A DNA stretch of 64,000 nucleotides. Origin: Candidatus Uhrbacteria bacterium. Lineage in GTDB: Bacteria > Patescibacteriota > Patescibacteriia > UBA9934 > GWF2-40-263. Made by a program: the position numbers and the translations under genes. The stretch lies in the NCBI GenBank assembly GCA_014239775.1, contig JAAZYG010000039.1:6134-70133 (forward strand). Direction: 5' to 3'. Below, in pieces: positions 62,090 to 64,000 of the stretch. Position 1 is the stretch's first letter, and each line of letters starts with the position of its first letter. The notes below the pieces were generated by a model that worked only from the letters and a program-made list of their open reading frames with translations, had not been told where the DNA came from and did not search any database.

Positions 62090-63406
62090 ATGATAAAACA
62101 CTGGAGACCACTGTTATTTACCCTTTTTTTTGTTGGTTTTTTTATCACAGCACCCATTGTTGTGTTACACACTGCTGGATATAGATATAATTTTTTAATT
62201 AATAAAGTAGTGAAAACTGGGGTTATTTCTTTGTCATCTTATCCAAAAGGTGCGGATATTTATATTGATAACAAACTACAAAACAAACAAACACCTCTTG
62301 TTATAGACAACCTTATTCCTGGAGAACATACTGTTAAAGTTGTAAAAGATGACTATACTACATGGCAAAAAACATTAGAGGTAGTAAGTAATGAAACCAC
62401 TTTTGCATCAAATATTGTCCTATTTTTAAATACAGATACAAAAAAAATAAATCAACAACAAACACTTGTATCAAAATTTAATTCAAAAGGTGATATTGCA
62501 TATATAAAACAAAATGAAAAAATAATTGAATTATGGATCAAATTGTTAAATAAGCCTGAAAAATTGATTCTGAGAAACACATACACAATACAACAAACAC
62601 CAGAAATTCAGTGGTCACCAGATGGAAAACATATTTTTTTCTTTATAGATAATCAAAAAACAGCAACAATCATTCAAACTAAAACTAATGATATTAAGGA
62701 AGTGCCGTTCGATAAACAAACAAGATTTGTTTGGGATATAAATTCAGAAAATTTTTATACAATTAAAAATAATATAATAACTTATAATCTGCTGAGTAAT
62801 AAACCTACTACACTTAATTTTACAGCAGATAATATTACTTCCTATAAGGACTCCTTCATAGGAATTCAGTCTTCAAATAATCACACAACCGTATCTGTAA
62901 TAGACAGTAGTGGTCTTTCCTCTATAATTACATATCTAGACATAGGTGATTACTCATTTATTGATTCTCCTGACCAATATATAATGCTAAAAAATAATTC
63001 TGCTCATAAAATTATTTTAATTGATCCAAATAATAAAAAAAATCCAATATCTCTTACTGCTAATTCTGTCACATGGGATTGGAACCATGACTACAGTAAG
63101 TTATTGTTTAGTGATGGATTAGATATAACAATTTATGATATAAATAATAATTATTTTGAAACTGTAACCAGATTAAGTACTGATATAATAAAACTTAGCT
63201 GGTATCCATATGGTAACTCTATAATATTTCAAACCAAATTAGGAGTAACTACGCTTGAAATTGATGATAGAGACATGCAAAATGAAAATAAACTTTTTGA
63301 TTATACTGTTGATGATTACTGGATTGATAAAGAGGGTAAAAATATTTACATCATAAAATCAACCGATCAAACCACTGAATTTTTGATGAGAAACCTACAA
63401 AAATAA
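62090..63406 (+). CDS. PEGA domain protein with probable beta-propeller
   Basis: N-terminal TM, GYR, SYPKGADIYID, PGEHTVKV; WSPDG/WD-like repeats. Confidence 0.8.
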   Translation: MIKHWRPLLFTLFFVGFFITAPIVVLHTAGYRYNFLINKVVKTGVISLSSYPKGADIYIDNKLQNKQTPLVIDNLIPGEHTVKVVKDDYTTWQKTLEVVSNETTFASNIVLFLNTDTKKINQQQTLVSKFNSKGDIAYIKQNEKIIELWIKLLNKPEKLILRNTYTIQQTPEIQWSPDGKHIFFFIDNQKTATIIQTKTNDIKEVPFDKQTRFVWDINSENFYTIKNNIITYNLLSNKPTTLNFTADNITSYKDSFIGIQSSNNHTTVSVIDSSGLSSIITYLDIGDYSFIDSPDQYIMLKNNSAHKIILIDPNNKKNPISLTANSVTWDWNHDYSKLLFSDGLDITIYDINNNYFETVTRLSTDIIKLSWYPYGNSIIFQTKLGVTTLEIDDRDMQNENKLFDYTVDDYWIDKEGKNIYIIKSTDQTTEFLMRNLQK

Positions 63407-63426
63407 AGGATAAAATCCTTTATTTT
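63400..63426. terminator. Bidirectional terminator
   Basis: AAAATAAAGGAT/ATCCTTTATTTT. Confidence 0.7.
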
Positions 63427-63445
63427 ACTTATAAAATTTATCTAC

Positions 63446-64000
63446 CTATAACTCAACTACACTATTGTCACCAACAATTAATCGATGTCCTGTTTTTGGA
63501 TGTGAGAATTTATGATCAGTGATTTTGGCGTTTATACCTATTAAGCTACCTGCTATTCTACTGTCAGTATGAATAGAAGAGCCGCTAAAAATAATCGAAT
63601 GTTCAACTTCCGAATCTTTAATAGATACATTGTCACCTATTGCTGTATACGGCCCTATATAAGAAGACTCAATCAAACAATTTTCACCTATAACTACAGG
63701 ACCTCTTATAAGAGTATCTTTATTGATTTTTGTACCTTTACCAACACCCACCAAACCTTCTAACTGCGCATTTTTTGATACATCGCCCTCTATTGAAAAA
63801 TGGTCTCTTTGTAGATCATCCATTATTAATGCATTGCCCTCTATTAAGGCATCTGGTGTACCTGTATCTTTCCACCAACCAGTAATTTCCTCATGGCCAA
63901 CTTTCCCATTTCTTATATACCAAGTTATTATGTCAGTAATTTCATACTCTCCTCGTTCAGAAGGTTCCATTGTTTTAAATGCATCAAAAAAATTTTCATT
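63446..64000 (-). CDS. Glucose-1-phosphate thymidylyltransferase, long form (5' end outside window)
   Basis: PSERGEYEITD, WWKDTG, hexapeptide repeats RGPVVIG/YIGPYTAIG. Confidence 0.88.
   Translation of the reverse strand, partial: NENFFDAFKTMEPSERGEYEITDIITWYIRNGKVGHEEITGWWKDTGTPDALIEGNALIMDDLQRDHFSIEGDVSKNAQLEGLVGVGKGTKINKDTLIRGPVVIGENCLIESSYIGPYTAIGDNVSIKDSEVEHSIIFSGSSIHTDSRIAGSLIGINAKITDHKFSHPKTGHRLIVGDNSVVEL

Overview
AT-rich chromosomal segment, standard genetic code 11, most consistent with a Patescibacteria/CPR genome (inferred from gene content and style: short HrcA, membrane-anchored Clp ATPase, DUF5671, PEGA and DUF192 genes, no intact biosynthetic pathways). Housekeeping genes include secA, raiA, murB/C/F, a class B PBP, glyA-folD, dnaB-ybaB-recR, rplU, tgt, hrcA-grpE-dnaK-dnaJ with a perfect CIRCE, thiI, cobO-nrdJ with two NrdR boxes, rpmB, hflX, HU, ctpA and tRNA-Glu(CTC). 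The ORF track missed a partial Ser/Thr kinase at the left edge. No integrase, transposase, CRISPR array or rRNA was seen. The most striking signal is two distinct gene-expression grammars. Conserved core genes (including ribosomal proteins, HU and DnaK) have no Shine-Dalgarno (SD) site, and many have a -10 box only 6-11 nt before ATG, implying leaderless or near-leaderless mRNA. In contrast, 12 scattered accessory units (ORFans, a CHAP/Cys-His peptidase operon, a cNMP-binding protein, a thioredoxin, a divergent PurA) share a TTGAC[A/T]-N16-17-TAnnnT-type promoter, an often hairpin-containing leader and a strong GGAG(G) SD, and most have their own terminator. All family assignments come from motif recognition by eye; no database searches were run.
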